The notes under the pieces are model-generated. The model had not been told where the DNA came from. It was given only the letters and a program-made list of their open reading frames with translations, and made no database searches. A stretch of DNA of 61,062 bases, taken from NCBI GenBank assembly GCA_043806035.1, contig JAZDHK010000013.1:1-61062 (forward strand), written 5' to 3'. Numbering within the stretch: position 1 is the stretch's first letter; each line of letters starts with the position of its first letter. Both the position numbers and the translations under genes were made by a program. Origin of the DNA: an archaeon (lineage in GTDB: Archaea > Nanobdellota > Nanobdellia > Woesearchaeales > UBA9642). Below, piece by piece: positions 28,601-38,427 of this stretch.

Positions 28601-29557
28601 ATGGAGTTAGAGCCAATTCCTCAACACGTCGACATTAAACCGCTCTTCGTTGAGCGCTACAAGGCATTGCTCGGCAAAGACTACGAGCTCTTTCTCAACT
28701 ACTCGCTCTCCTACCAGCGCAAGGCCATCCGCGTCAATACGCTGAAAATCAGCATCAAGGAATTGCAGAAGAGGCTTGAGCCACGGTGGATTCTCAAACA
28801 GGTGCCGTGGTGCAAGGAAGGATTCTGGATAGAGGCAAAAGGAGATAAACGCTTCGACATCGGCAACCTGCTCGAGCACGTTTTGGGATACATCTACGTC
28901 CAAGATGCAAGCAGCATGATCCCGCCCCTCGTCCTCGACCAACGGCCAGGCGAGCTCATCCTTGACGTGTGCGCAGCACCGGGCAGCAAAAGCTCACAGA
29001 TAGCGCAGTACATGCATAATGAAGGATTGCTCGTCTGCAACGACGTGCAGGGGAGCAGGCTCAAACCTCTGGGTGTGAATTTGCAGCGGTGCGGGCTGCA
29101 CAATCACATCATCACTCTCATGCAGCCGGCGCAATTTCCAAAAGCAGGAGTGCAGTTCGACAGGATTCTCGTCGATGCGCCCTGCTCGGGGACGGGCACG
29201 ATACGAAAAAGCCTCAAGACGTTGCAGATGTGGAGCCCGAACCTCGTGAGCAAGATGGCAAAAGTGCAACTGCACATTCTGAGGAATGCGTACAAGGTAC
29301 TCAAGCCAGGAGGGACGCTCGTCTACTCGACGTGTACGCTCGAACCGGAAGAGAACGAGGCGGTCGTCAGCGCATTCCTTGCGGAGCATCACGACATGCG
29401 GCTGCAGCCCATCATCCTCGAAATAAAACGCAGCAAGCCCGTCCTGCAGTTCGACAAGCTCACCATCAGCCCTGCCGTGCAGGACTGCCTGCGCATCCAC
29501 CCCCAGGATAATGACAGTGAAGGTTTCTTCGTGAGCAAGCTGCACAAAAGTATTTAA
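28601..29557 (+). CDS. NOL1/NOP2/RsmB RNA m5C methyltransferase
   Basis: CAAPGSKS, DAPCSGTG, YSTCT, EENE. Confidence 0.93.
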   Translation: MELEPIPQHVDIKPLFVERYKALLGKDYELFLNYSLSYQRKAIRVNTLKISIKELQKRLEPRWILKQVPWCKEGFWIEAKGDKRFDIGNLLEHVLGYIYVQDASSMIPPLVLDQRPGELILDVCAAPGSKSSQIAQYMHNEGLLVCNDVQGSRLKPLGVNLQRCGLHNHIITLMQPAQFPKAGVQFDRILVDAPCSGTGTIRKSLKTLQMWSPNLVSKMAKVQLHILRNAYKVLKPGGTLVYSTCTLEPEENEAVVSAFLAEHHDMRLQPIILEIKRSKPVLQFDKLTISPAVQDCLRIHPQDNDSEGFFVSKLHKSI

Positions 29558-29580
29558 ACCCCCTGTGCGGGAAAGAGGTC

Positions 29581-31053
29581 ATGAAGTACAAGGCAAAAAT
29601 CCTTCCGCTCTCCACTGGCAGGCAAGCCATCGTTGCCATGACGCTGCAAGATACTGTAGAGCACGACTGGCATCCGGGGACGAGGCTGAAAATCAGCGCG
29701 GGCAAGACCAGCATCATCGCGACGCTTGACAATGACACGAGACTGCTCGGCAGAGGCAGCATCGGCCTCTTCTCAGAGTCGGCGAAAAAGCTTGGCGTCA
29801 AAGACAAGGCCGTGTTGCATGTCGAGGAAGTGCAAAAGCCGGAAAGCGTGTGGCTCATCAAGAAGAAGCTTTCCGGAAAGAAACTGACGGGAGAGGAACT
29901 GTACAGCATCGTCAAGGACATCACCGACGACAAACTCACTGAAGTAGAATTGACGTATTTCGTCGCTGGCTGCTACGCCTGGGGGCTCAGCCTTGACGAG
30001 ACCTACCATCTCACGCAGGCAATAGTCAAGACAGGATCGCAACTGCACCTCAACGAACCCATCATACTGGACAAGCACTGCATCGGCGGCGTCCCCGGAA
30101 ATCGGACAACGCTCATCGTCGTACCCATCATCGCAGCGTTTGGCTTGCCCATCCCGAAGACGAGCAGCAGGAGCATCACCAGCCCCGCGGGAACGGCGGA
30201 CACGATGGAAGTGCTCTGCAACGTCGAGCTCAGTCTGGAGCGCATTACGCAGGTCATCAAGAAGACGAACGGCTGCATGGTGTGGGGCGGCACGCTGAAC
30301 CTCGCGCCTGCTGATGACAAGATCATTGTCGTTGAACATCCCTTGAGTATTGATGCGCGGGGCATGCTCTTGTCGAGCGTGCTCGCAAAAAAGAAATCCG
30401 TCGGCGCAACCCATCTGCTCATCGACATCCCGTACGGGGAAGGTGCAAAGATAGAAAGCAAGTCGGATGCGAAAGCGCTGCGCAGATACTTTCTCATCAT
30501 GGGTCGGCGTTTGGGCATGCGCATGAACGTGCTCTTGACGGACGGCTCGCAGCCCATCGGCAACGGCATAGGTCCGTATCTCGAAGCCATGGACGTGCTC
30601 AAGGTGCTCAAGAACGATACCGACGCTCCGCGAGACCTGAAAGAGAAATGCATACTGCTCGCCGGCGAATTATTGAACTTAAGTGGCAAAACAACAAACG
30701 GATTCACAGTTGCAAGGAATCTTCTCGAGTCAGGCAAGGCATATCTGAAGTTCATGGAAATCGTCGCTGAACAAGGCAAGCGTACCCTGCCAAAACCTGC
30801 GAGCCATCACCACGACGTTCTCGCATGGACAACAGGCAAGGTAGTGCGCATTGACAACAAGGACATAGCGAAGATCGCATTACTTGCCGGAGCTCCTCAG
30901 ACGAAACAGGCAGGATGCTACCTGCACAAGAAGAAGGGCGAGTTCGTACGTCAGGGAGAAAAACTCCTCACCATCTATGCGAACGCAAAAGCCCCGCTCG
31001 AGTACGCAAGCACACATTTCATCAAAAACAGAACGTATGCCATACGACCATGA
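29581..31053 (+). CDS. AMP phosphorylase (thymidine phosphorylase family)
   Basis: DKHCIGGVPGNRTT, KTSSRSITSPAGTAD, N-terminal extra domain. Confidence 0.9.
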   Translation: MKYKAKILPLSTGRQAIVAMTLQDTVEHDWHPGTRLKISAGKTSIIATLDNDTRLLGRGSIGLFSESAKKLGVKDKAVLHVEEVQKPESVWLIKKKLSGKKLTGEELYSIVKDITDDKLTEVELTYFVAGCYAWGLSLDETYHLTQAIVKTGSQLHLNEPIILDKHCIGGVPGNRTTLIVVPIIAAFGLPIPKTSSRSITSPAGTADTMEVLCNVELSLERITQVIKKTNGCMVWGGTLNLAPADDKIIVVEHPLSIDARGMLLSSVLAKKKSVGATHLLIDIPYGEGAKIESKSDAKALRRYFLIMGRRLGMRMNVLLTDGSQPIGNGIGPYLEAMDVLKVLKNDTDAPRDLKEKCILLAGELLNLSGKTTNGFTVARNLLESGKAYLKFMEIVAEQGKRTLPKPASHHHDVLAWTTGKVVRIDNKDIAKIALLAGAPQTKQAGCYLHKKKGEFVRQGEKLLTIYANAKAPLEYASTHFIKNRTYAIRP

Positions 31054-31904
31054 GCCTCGCCACCACCATCAAGGACATTCTTCACGTGCGCATACAAGGA
31101 GCTCAAGCAGTGGAGCTGGCAGCGGTCAAGGCATTGTATGACTTGGCAAAAAGAAATCCTGCTGGAGTGGAGAAGGCATATGCGCAGCTCATCGCCACAC
31201 GTCCTACCGAGCCGGGCATGCGTAATGCATTGCAGTACTTGCTGCAGGGCATCCGCGAACAGAAGCGAGAGGAAGCGTACGCGTACATTCTCGAGCATTG
31301 GACATGCTCTGCAGTCATTGCAGAACACATCGCACAGCACATCAAGGACGGCATGGTCGTGTACACGCACTGCCATTCGGGAACAGTCGTCAACGGATTG
31401 CTCCTCGCGAAGAAGCAGGGCAAGCGCTTTTCCGTCAACAATACGGAGACGAGGCCGCTCTTCCAAGGAAGGAAAACTGCAGCAGAACTTGCTCGTGCAG
31501 GCATTCCCGTGACTCATTTTGTTGACAGCGGCATGCGACTGGCTATCAAGGACACACAGCTCGTGCTGCTCGGCGCTGATGCCATCACGGCGAAGGGAGA
31601 GGTGTACAACAAGATTGGGAGCGAGCTCGCCTGTCTCCTCGCAAAACAATACGCCATCCCCGCATACATCTGCACTGACTCCTGGAAGTTCGATCCCAAA
31701 ACACGCTTTGGTTTTGACGAGAAGATAGAGAAGCGGCACGCGAAAGAAGTGTGGAGTGCAGCCCCTCAAGGAGTGCGTATCAGCAATTATGCGTTCGAGA
31801 AGATAGATGCAAAGCTCATAACGGGCATCATTACAGAAATTGGAGTGCTCAGGCCGAAAACAATAAAAAAAATAGTGAAGACTTATTCTTGGCTAGGCCG
31901 ATGA
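31050..31904 (+). CDS. ribose-1,5-bisphosphate isomerase (eIF-2B family)
   Basis: IQGA, RPTEP, THCHS, ETRP..QG, GAD, NKIG; translationally coupled to AMP phosphorylase. Confidence 0.85.
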   Translation: MSLATTIKDILHVRIQGAQAVELAAVKALYDLAKRNPAGVEKAYAQLIATRPTEPGMRNALQYLLQGIREQKREEAYAYILEHWTCSAVIAEHIAQHIKDGMVVYTHCHSGTVVNGLLLAKKQGKRFSVNNTETRPLFQGRKTAAELARAGIPVTHFVDSGMRLAIKDTQLVLLGADAITAKGEVYNKIGSELACLLAKQYAIPAYICTDSWKFDPKTRFGFDEKIEKRHAKEVWSAAPQGVRISNYAFEKIDAKLITGIITEIGVLRPKTIKKIVKTYSWLGR

Positions 31905-32209
31905 ACGCAACTGCCACGTATGCACATGCCATCGCGTTGTGCGCAGTTGATGCGCTCGCTCCTGCATGTCATTTCCCTGACAGGATAATACTCGATGAGC
32001 ATTGTCCGTGACGCGCAATAGTCAGTAAAGCTGTGGCTTACGCCGTTCTCCCTCGTCATGGTGCATGTGCCTCTGCGCAGAGGATTCCTTCCCCCGTCCG
32101 TGTCCGTCGCGTACGCATAGGCGAGCACAGCAAGCAAGGCAACGATGATCACCCCAGAAAGTATCAACATCCACTTCATACGTCTCACCCCAGCACACAC
32201 GTCCTCCAT
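31883..32209 (-). CDS. small secreted Cys-rich protein (DTDGG motif)
   Basis: signal/TM helix then DTDGG.N...GTC...DYC....L.EYY...C....C..G.C; start may be 32179. Confidence 0.65.
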   Translation of the reverse strand: MEDVCAGVRRMKWMLILSGVIIVALLAVLAYAYATDTDGGRNPLRRGTCTMTRENGVSHSFTDYCASRTMLIEYYPVREMTCRSERINCAQRDGMCIRGSCVHRPSQE

Positions 32210-32283
32210 TCTTGTTTATAAATGTTGTTCTCTGGTTGTTTTCTTCGCAACGCATATAAATGAGTGGCTTCCTTCCAGTGCAG

Positions 32284-32868
32284 ATGAAACTACTGCTTTG
32301 CACGGACATGCACGGCAACATGCTCTATCTGGATAAGCTCAAGCAGCTGGCCAAACAGGTTGACGTCGTCATCTGTGCAGGAGACTTCACGCAGTTCGAG
32401 CACAACATCGATGTCATCCTCAAGCACATGAACGGCTGGGGCAAACAAGTCCTGCTCATCCACGGCAACCATGAGGACAACGATAGCGTGCGCAAGCTCA
32501 TCATGAAGATGCCATTCCTCTTTCTCATCCACGACCAGCCATTCCAGAAGCGGGATGTCACGTTCTACGGGTGGGGCGGTGGCGGGTTCAACATGAGCGA
32601 TCCTTCGTTCGCAAAACGGGCAGAACAGCACTTCCAGAAGAGTTCTGGCAAGCGCGTGCTCGTCATCCACGGCCCGCCGTACAACACCATCATGGACAAC
32701 GTCCATGAAGGTCATGTAGGAAATAAGAGCTACACGGAAATCATCAAGAAATACCAACCCAACCTGGTGGTGTGCGGCCACATCCACGAGACGTTCGGGA
32801 CGCAGGACAAAATTGGCAAGAGTATCATCATCAATCCAGGGCCGAAAGGAAAAATAATAGAATTGTAG
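32284..32868 (+). CDS. metallophosphoesterase
   Basis: D.HG, AGD, GNHE, H.PP, GHIHE, NPG. Confidence 0.9.
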   Translation: MKLLLCTDMHGNMLYLDKLKQLAKQVDVVICAGDFTQFEHNIDVILKHMNGWGKQVLLIHGNHEDNDSVRKLIMKMPFLFLIHDQPFQKRDVTFYGWGGGGFNMSDPSFAKRAEQHFQKSSGKRVLVIHGPPYNTIMDNVHEGHVGNKSYTEIIKKYQPNLVVCGHIHETFGTQDKIGKSIIINPGPKGKIIEL

Positions 32869-32870
32869 CA

Positions 32871-33560
32871 TCATGCAGGAAATGTGGGAAATATTCTGAG
32901 CTTGTCGAGCGACCTTCCTCGTATCGCCATTCCTTTTTTGGCATAGCTGACCATGGCCAGGTCTCCTCGAGAGTCGCCAATGGCGAGCAGCGGCTTTTCC
33001 TTGCCGATGTAGTGCTTGATGCAGGTCACTTTCCCCGAACGGATGGGCACGGGCCGGATGAGTTGTTTCGTTAACACACCCCTTTTTTCTTTCATCCTGA
33101 TGCCGATGGTGTGCAATTGCACGTCGGAAAAGAATTCTTTTGCAGCGACGTCGATTATGTGTTGTGCGGTTGCACTCACAATCCAGATGGGCACGCCTCG
33201 TTTTTGCATTTTGTGCATGAGCCGACGTATGCTCGCTCGCACCGTGATACCCGTACAAATGCGTTTGCCAAAGAGCGTCGTCTTTCCAAGCGTTGCGCCC
33301 TCTTCTGCAATGCATGCTCGGGTTATGGCGCGTACTTTCCTGACGGAAAAACCAGCGAGTATTTTCGATGCATGCGCGCATGCATGCCAGTGCTGCCCTC
33401 TGCTGAGCAGCGCATAATAGTGCAGAAACTGCCGTCTTGGCCTTGCAATGAACTTGTGCCTGCACACGTACGCGAGCACTGCCTCGCCTATGTCGTTAAC
33501 AATGCAGGTGTTGTCGAAGTCGAGGACAACAACCGACCGGGTTCTGGATGTATCGCACAT
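32871..33560 (-). CDS. HAD-superfamily hydrolase
   Basis: LDFDNT, IVSA, K, GDSRGD. Confidence 0.85.
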   Translation of the reverse strand: MCDTSRTRSVVVLDFDNTCIVNDIGEAVLAYVCRHKFIARPRRQFLHYYALLSRGQHWHACAHASKILAGFSVRKVRAITRACIAEEGATLGKTTLFGKRICTGITVRASIRRLMHKMQKRGVPIWIVSATAQHIIDVAAKEFFSDVQLHTIGIRMKEKRGVLTKQLIRPVPIRSGKVTCIKHYIGKEKPLLAIGDSRGDLAMVSYAKKGMAIRGRSLDKLRIFPTFPA

Positions 33561-33587
33561 GCGGAACGGTCATAGCAACACCTTCAT

Positions 33588-34322
33588 ATGTTTTTCCGAA
33601 AATCATATAAGAACGGCAGCAGTGAGAGATTCGTGAAATCCAAGGAAATCTGGAAAGTCTACGGGAATGTCTTTTCCGAATTCACGAGACGCAATCTCTC
33701 CAAGCTCAGCACAGAAGGGTATTTTGAAGAACTGACCAGCCCTATCGCCGTCGGCAAGGAGAGCAATGTCTTTTCCGCAAAACGGCGTGACGGAGAAACG
33801 GTCATCGTCAAAATCTATAGGCTGGAGAATTGCAACTTCAACAAGATGCTCGACTACATCAGCCAGGACTTGCGCTATGCCTCGCTCAAGAAAAACAAGC
33901 GGGACATTGTCTTTTCCTGGACACAACGGGAATTCAGGAACTTGCTGAAGGCACGAGAGGTCATCCGCGTGCCCACCCCGCTCGCGTTCAAGTATAACAT
34001 CATCATCATGGAACAGATAGGACGCCCGGCAAAACAGCTCAAGAATAACCTCCCTTCGAACGTCGAGGAATTCTTCAAGAAGACCATCACCTGCATGGCC
34101 AAGCTGCACAAGGCAGGATTGGTGCATGGTGACCTTTCCGAGTTCAACATCCTCAACGACGAAAACGATCCCGTCTTCATTGACTTCTCACAATCCACGA
34201 CGACAGAGAGCTATAATGCAAAAGAGCTGCTGGTGCGGGACGTCAACAATGTCTGCAGGTTTTTTGGCAAGTTCATGAAGGTGGACAAGGAGAAGGTGCT
34301 CAAGCGGATTCTCGGAAAATAA
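33588..34322 (+). CDS. rio1: RIO1 serine/threonine kinase
   Basis: GKESNVF, VKIYR, W..REF.NL, HGDLSEFNIL, IDFSQ. Confidence 0.92.
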   Translation: MFFRKSYKNGSSERFVKSKEIWKVYGNVFSEFTRRNLSKLSTEGYFEELTSPIAVGKESNVFSAKRRDGETVIVKIYRLENCNFNKMLDYISQDLRYASLKKNKRDIVFSWTQREFRNLLKAREVIRVPTPLAFKYNIIIMEQIGRPAKQLKNNLPSNVEEFFKKTITCMAKLHKAGLVHGDLSEFNILNDENDPVFIDFSQSTTTESYNAKELLVRDVNNVCRFFGKFMKVDKEKVLKRILGK

Positions 34323-35283
34323 GCATGGCGTCCCCTAGGCTGTAGAACCGATACTTTTTATCAATGGCTTCTTCGTACGCTGCAAGCACCCGCTCCCTGC
34401 CTGCGAACGCGCACGTCAGCAGGATGAGCGTGGATTTAGGCAGATGGAAATTGGTGAGCAACGCATCTGCCCCTGACTGAAATGCGTGTCCCGGCTTGAT
34501 GAACAGCTGGCTTGCACCACTGCCAGGAATGATTGTGCCGTTGCGAGAAGAACTCTCCAGTGCCTTGAGCGTCGTCGTTCCCACGACGAACAATCGTCCC
34601 TTCCTGTTGTTTATTGCGGCTGCAACGCTTTGCGGGATGGCATACTGTTCTTCTTCCATGACGTTCTCGCTCAAGTTTCTGACGGGCAAGAATGTTCCAT
34701 AGCCGACGTGCAAGGTGAGAAAACACAGGACAATACCTTTCTTCCTGATTTTTTCGAGGAGCCGTTTCGTAAAATGTAATCCTGCAGTTGGCGCAGCAAC
34801 GCTGCCTTTCTTTTTTGAAAACACAGTTTGGTAGTCGTTATCCGTCACGGTGTGCTTGATATACGGAGGATTGGGGAGACTGGCTTCCTGCATGAGAGAG
34901 GGAGTGCTGAAACGAACAGTGAACATGTCACCAGCTTGCGCCACAACCTCTGCTGCACCCTTGCCGAGCAGGAATTTCGTGCCGACAACAGGATTTCTCG
35001 TCTTGATCCTGCATGTATACGTATTCGTTGCCAGTCTATTGAGAAGTATGATCTCGGCAGGGCTGCCTGTCGTCTTTTTCCCTGTCAGTTTCGCTTTCAC
35101 GACCTTGGTATGGTTGAGGACGAGCACATCCCCTTTTTCTAAATACTCTACAAGGTGCGTGAAGGTCGTGTGCGTTACGTTTTTGCCAAGAACGAGAAGC
35201 TTGCATGCATCTCTTGGCTTTGCAGGGAATTGGGCGATGCGTTCTTCAGGCAAGACATAGTCATAGTCAGAAAGCTCAGCCAA
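34300..35283 (-). CDS. queA: SAM:tRNA ribosyltransferase-isomerase QueA
   Basis: YDY.LP...IAQ.P, PPYI, YQTVF, GSVAAPTAGLHF, LHVG.GTF, VGTT, TNFHLPKSTL, YRFYSLGD. Confidence 0.93.
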   Translation of the reverse strand: MAELSDYDYVLPEERIAQFPAKPRDACKLLVLGKNVTHTTFTHLVEYLEKGDVLVLNHTKVVKAKLTGKKTTGSPAEIILLNRLATNTYTCRIKTRNPVVGTKFLLGKGAAEVVAQAGDMFTVRFSTPSLMQEASLPNPPYIKHTVTDNDYQTVFSKKKGSVAAPTAGLHFTKRLLEKIRKKGIVLCFLTLHVGYGTFLPVRNLSENVMEEEQYAIPQSVAAAINNRKGRLFVVGTTTLKALESSSRNGTIIPGSGASQLFIKPGHAFQSGADALLTNFHLPKSTLILLTCAFAGRERVLAAYEEAIDKKYRFYSLGDAMLIFRESA

Positions 35284-36766
35284 ACGGCTCCCCCGCGAAG
35301 AATTTCTCGAGACGTTCCTTGATTTGTGTCATGGGCACGCGAATCTGTTTTTCCGTGTCTCTTTCTCTGACCGTTACTGTGCCGTCCTTGCTCGTGTCAA
35401 AATCGACCGTGATGCAGAATGCCGTGCCTGCCTCGTCCTCTCGCAAGTAACGCCTGCCGATGCTGCCTGCGCTGTCGTACTTGCAGATGAAGTACTGCAT
35501 GAGGCTGTTGTAGAGATCCTTGGCCAGGTCTGGCAAGTTCTCTTTGTTGACGAGCGGGAAGACAGCGAGCTGCACGGGAGCGACTTGAATGGGTATTTTG
35601 AACCTGCTTTTCGCCTCTTCTTTCTCGTTCTTTTCATAGAAGAGGTCGAGGAGTGCGAAGACGGGTCTGTCCGTGCCAAACGCTATCTCGATGATGTGCG
35701 GCAGTTCTTGTTTGTGCGTCTCGTCAGAAACTTTGAGGTTGCGCTTGCTGTTCTTCTCGTGCTGGCCGAGATCGTAATCTCCACGATCATGCACGCCACA
35801 CAGTTCTGTCCAGCCGAAACTGTTAAGCTTTATCTCGACGTCCCACGCGTCGATGGCGTAAAATGCCTTCTCGTCCTTGCCGTGCTGGCGTAGGCGGATG
35901 TTCTCTTCGGGAATGCCTAAGCTCAGGAAGAACTCATACGTCTTTGCCAATGCCCACAGGTATGCTTTGCTGCCGACAAGTTTTTTTTGTAGGGCTGCAT
36001 CGCACGAAATGGCATGATGGTCTTTGTGTTCGAGCTGCTGCTCTTCCGTCCAGAGTGGAAGCTGCTTTGCTGCGACGTCCGGATATTTTTCGAAGGAGTC
36101 TTTCTGGTCTTTGAACAGGATGATCTGCGCTTCTGCTTGGGTGAATTCTCTCATGCGTAGGACGTGCTGTCTTGGACTTATCTCGTTCCGGTACGCCTTG
36201 CCTATCTGGAAGACGGCAAAGGGCAGCTTTTTCCTGAAATAGTCGAAGTAGCGGATGAACGGCAAGTACGTCGTGGTTGCCGTCTCGGGGCGATTGTACG
36301 CCTCTACGTCTAGGCCGACGGTGGTGCGCATCATCAGCGTGTGTCTTGTTATGTCGTCGCCGAAATGGCCTTTGCATTTGGGGCAGAGGATGTTGTGCTT
36401 TTCGAGCAGGGCAGGATGCGCGTGCCAGTCAGCAAGGTCCGCATCCGTGATGTCAGGGAAGTTTTCCTTGATGAGATTATCTGATCTGAACGCTGCCAAG
36501 CATTTCGTGCACTTGACGACAGGATCAGTGAAGTTGGTGAGATGCCCTGATGCCTCCCAGACCACACGGGGCATGATGGTTGGGCATTCCACTTCCCAAA
36601 AATCATTCTTCTGATAGAATCGTCTAATGTGTCCTTCCACTCTGTTCTTGAGCAGTTTTCCAAGAGGACCGTACGTGTAGAATCCGGAAAGCCCACCGTA
36701 CAGTTCAGGCTCGGGTCCCCAGATGAATCCTTTCTGCTGGATGAAACTCAACAGGTCGTCTGCCAT
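35276..36766 (-). CDS. glyS: glycine--tRNA ligase (alpha2 type)
   Basis: YGPLG, WEASGH, RPETA, RNEISPR, REFTQAE, GSIGRRY. Confidence 0.95.
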   Translation of the reverse strand: MADDLLSFIQQKGFIWGPEPELYGGLSGFYTYGPLGKLLKNRVEGHIRRFYQKNDFWEVECPTIMPRVVWEASGHLTNFTDPVVKCTKCLAAFRSDNLIKENFPDITDADLADWHAHPALLEKHNILCPKCKGHFGDDITRHTLMMRTTVGLDVEAYNRPETATTTYLPFIRYFDYFRKKLPFAVFQIGKAYRNEISPRQHVLRMREFTQAEAQIILFKDQKDSFEKYPDVAAKQLPLWTEEQQLEHKDHHAISCDAALQKKLVGSKAYLWALAKTYEFFLSLGIPEENIRLRQHGKDEKAFYAIDAWDVEIKLNSFGWTELCGVHDRGDYDLGQHEKNSKRNLKVSDETHKQELPHIIEIAFGTDRPVFALLDLFYEKNEKEEAKSRFKIPIQVAPVQLAVFPLVNKENLPDLAKDLYNSLMQYFICKYDSAGSIGRRYLREDEAGTAFCITVDFDTSKDGTVTVRERDTEKQIRVPMTQIKERLEKFFAGEPFG

Positions 36767-36798
36767 GACAGTGCAGTCATCTTAGGATTTAAAAATGT

Positions 36799-37416
36799 TT
36801 AGAAAGCAGTGCTCACGCCCGCAGAGAGGTAGAGTATGACCGCGATGATGCCCAGGACGAGCAGAGGCAGGGCGACGACGGCGATGAATGTCTTGAACGT
36901 GTCCAGTTTGTGGACTGTCTTCTGCGCTATCACATTCAGGATGATGCCGTATAGGACTGTACTGACTGCCAGGATGATGAAGAGGAAGATGAGTATAAAA
37001 ACAAAGTAGGTGGCGAACCCGTACCCGTACGTCATCTCCCTGGTGAGCTGGGGAGTGAGCAGTCTGGTGAGGATGTTGAGCACGAGACTGGGAACGAGCG
37101 CAAACCAGAACAGGGGAAGGAGCACATGCGCGAATGCAGCGAAGGTTTCCTTGTACTTCCCTTTGCCGTTCATCAATTTGGCGAAGGAATACATGAGCAA
37201 GGAGAAGAAAAAGACCAGCACGAGCATAGCGGCAAGCAATGCCACAGCTGTCACAAGCGTCTGTGGTTTAACGGGATTGGGAATGACGAGCTCTAACAGA
37301 AATGCCAACACGACATAGCAGAAAATGTAAAGTGGCACGATCAAAAAATATTTTTTCTGCTTATCTGTCTTTGCGAAGAACTGTTCTGGTTTTGTGAGTA
37401 TTTTTTTTAGGCACAC
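36799..37416 (-). CDS. Yip1-like membrane protein
   Basis: IL.KP..FF start, five TM helices, GKGKY..TF motif. Confidence 0.7.
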   Translation of the reverse strand: MCLKKILTKPEQFFAKTDKQKKYFLIVPLYIFCYVVLAFLLELVIPNPVKPQTLVTAVALLAAMLVLVFFFSLLMYSFAKLMNGKGKYKETFAAFAHVLLPLFWFALVPSLVLNILTRLLTPQLTREMTYGYGFATYFVFILIFLFIILAVSTVLYGIILNVIAQKTVHKLDTFKTFIAVVALPLLVLGIIAVILYLSAGVSTAF

Positions 37417-37440
37417 GAGTGCAGAACAGGCATGAGCCGC

Positions 37441-37713
37441 TTATAAATGTTTTGCGTTTAGGCCGAGTTCGTACATGATGTGCTCGCTATCGCCGCCCCA
37501 AGAATACGTTCCTTTCTCCTTTCGTATCTCCTTTATCTTGAACACACCAAGCACTGCTCCTCTCTTGAGATGATAGTAGATGGAGCGCTGGCTCACTTTA
37601 GGATAGTGGTCGAGGTATTTCTTGTAGAGCTGGTAGCCATACATGCTGCCGTGTGTTTTCAGGAGAGCGATGATGTTCTTTCTGATGGGACTGCCGAGTG
37701 GTCTTCCGCGCAT
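37441..37713 (-). CDS. small winged-helix (PadR-like) protein
   Basis: GRP.GS.IR.NI, YGYQL, RSIYYHL, YSWG...E...Y.L. Confidence 0.7.
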   Translation of the reverse strand: MRGRPLGSPIRKNIIALLKTHGSMYGYQLYKKYLDHYPKVSQRSIYYHLKRGAVLGVFKIKEIRKEKGTYSWGGDSEHIMYELGLNAKHL

Positions 37714-37820
37714 GTAGTATGTTACGCATGGCCGTTTATAATAATTTCGACTCTTGCACGTCATGCTGGTGAACAAGAAAATACGTAATATTTATAAGCA
37801 GCCTATCCTGAAAAAAAAGC

Positions 37821-38387
37821 GTGGTTACTTTCCTTGAACAAACACTCGATGATGTTACAAAAGAAGAACAGTATCTTAAAGAGATGATTGAGAACGTACG
37901 GATTGCAGAACAAGATCTGGCAAAGGAAGAAAGTCTGCTCAAGACTGTTGAAAGAATCATCGTGCGTCTGAAAGAGAAAACGAACGAGTTTGCATTTAGA
38001 AAGTTTCCCCATCTGATGACTCTGCTCAGTAATCCACAAAAAACGTATACACAAGAGATTGACGATATCATCAAGACCTATGCTGAAATAAAAGTGGATA
38101 TCACGTTGCTTAACAAGTTCATTGAGGAAATACGAAAGAGAACACACGAGGACGCCTGGAAAAAGATGACGGAGGAGAGCCAATTCCTTCAAATACTGAG
38201 CAATGAACACAATAAGACAAGAGAGACCGTGTCCAATTTCGACAAAGCAATGGGTTGGAACTGGGCAATAGACGTGCCTCATTTTGATTGGAATGTCAAA
38301 GAACGTGGCATTGAGCAAGGCATGCAGCAAGTGAAAGAAAAAATAGCCGAAGAATTCAAGAAAAAATACGGGTTCACTCGATATTGA
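37821..38387 (+). CDS. coiled-coil hypothetical protein
   Basis: 188-aa charged helical ORF ~25 nt after TTTATAA. Confidence 0.65.
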   Translation: MVTFLEQTLDDVTKEEQYLKEMIENVRIAEQDLAKEESLLKTVERIIVRLKEKTNEFAFRKFPHLMTLLSNPQKTYTQEIDDIIKTYAEIKVDITLLNKFIEEIRKRTHEDAWKKMTEESQFLQILSNEHNKTRETVSNFDKAMGWNWAIDVPHFDWNVKERGIEQGMQQVKEKIAEEFKKKYGFTRY

Positions 38388-38427
38388 CTTTCTAAATCTT
38401 TATAAATGCTCCGCAACCCCGAAGTGC

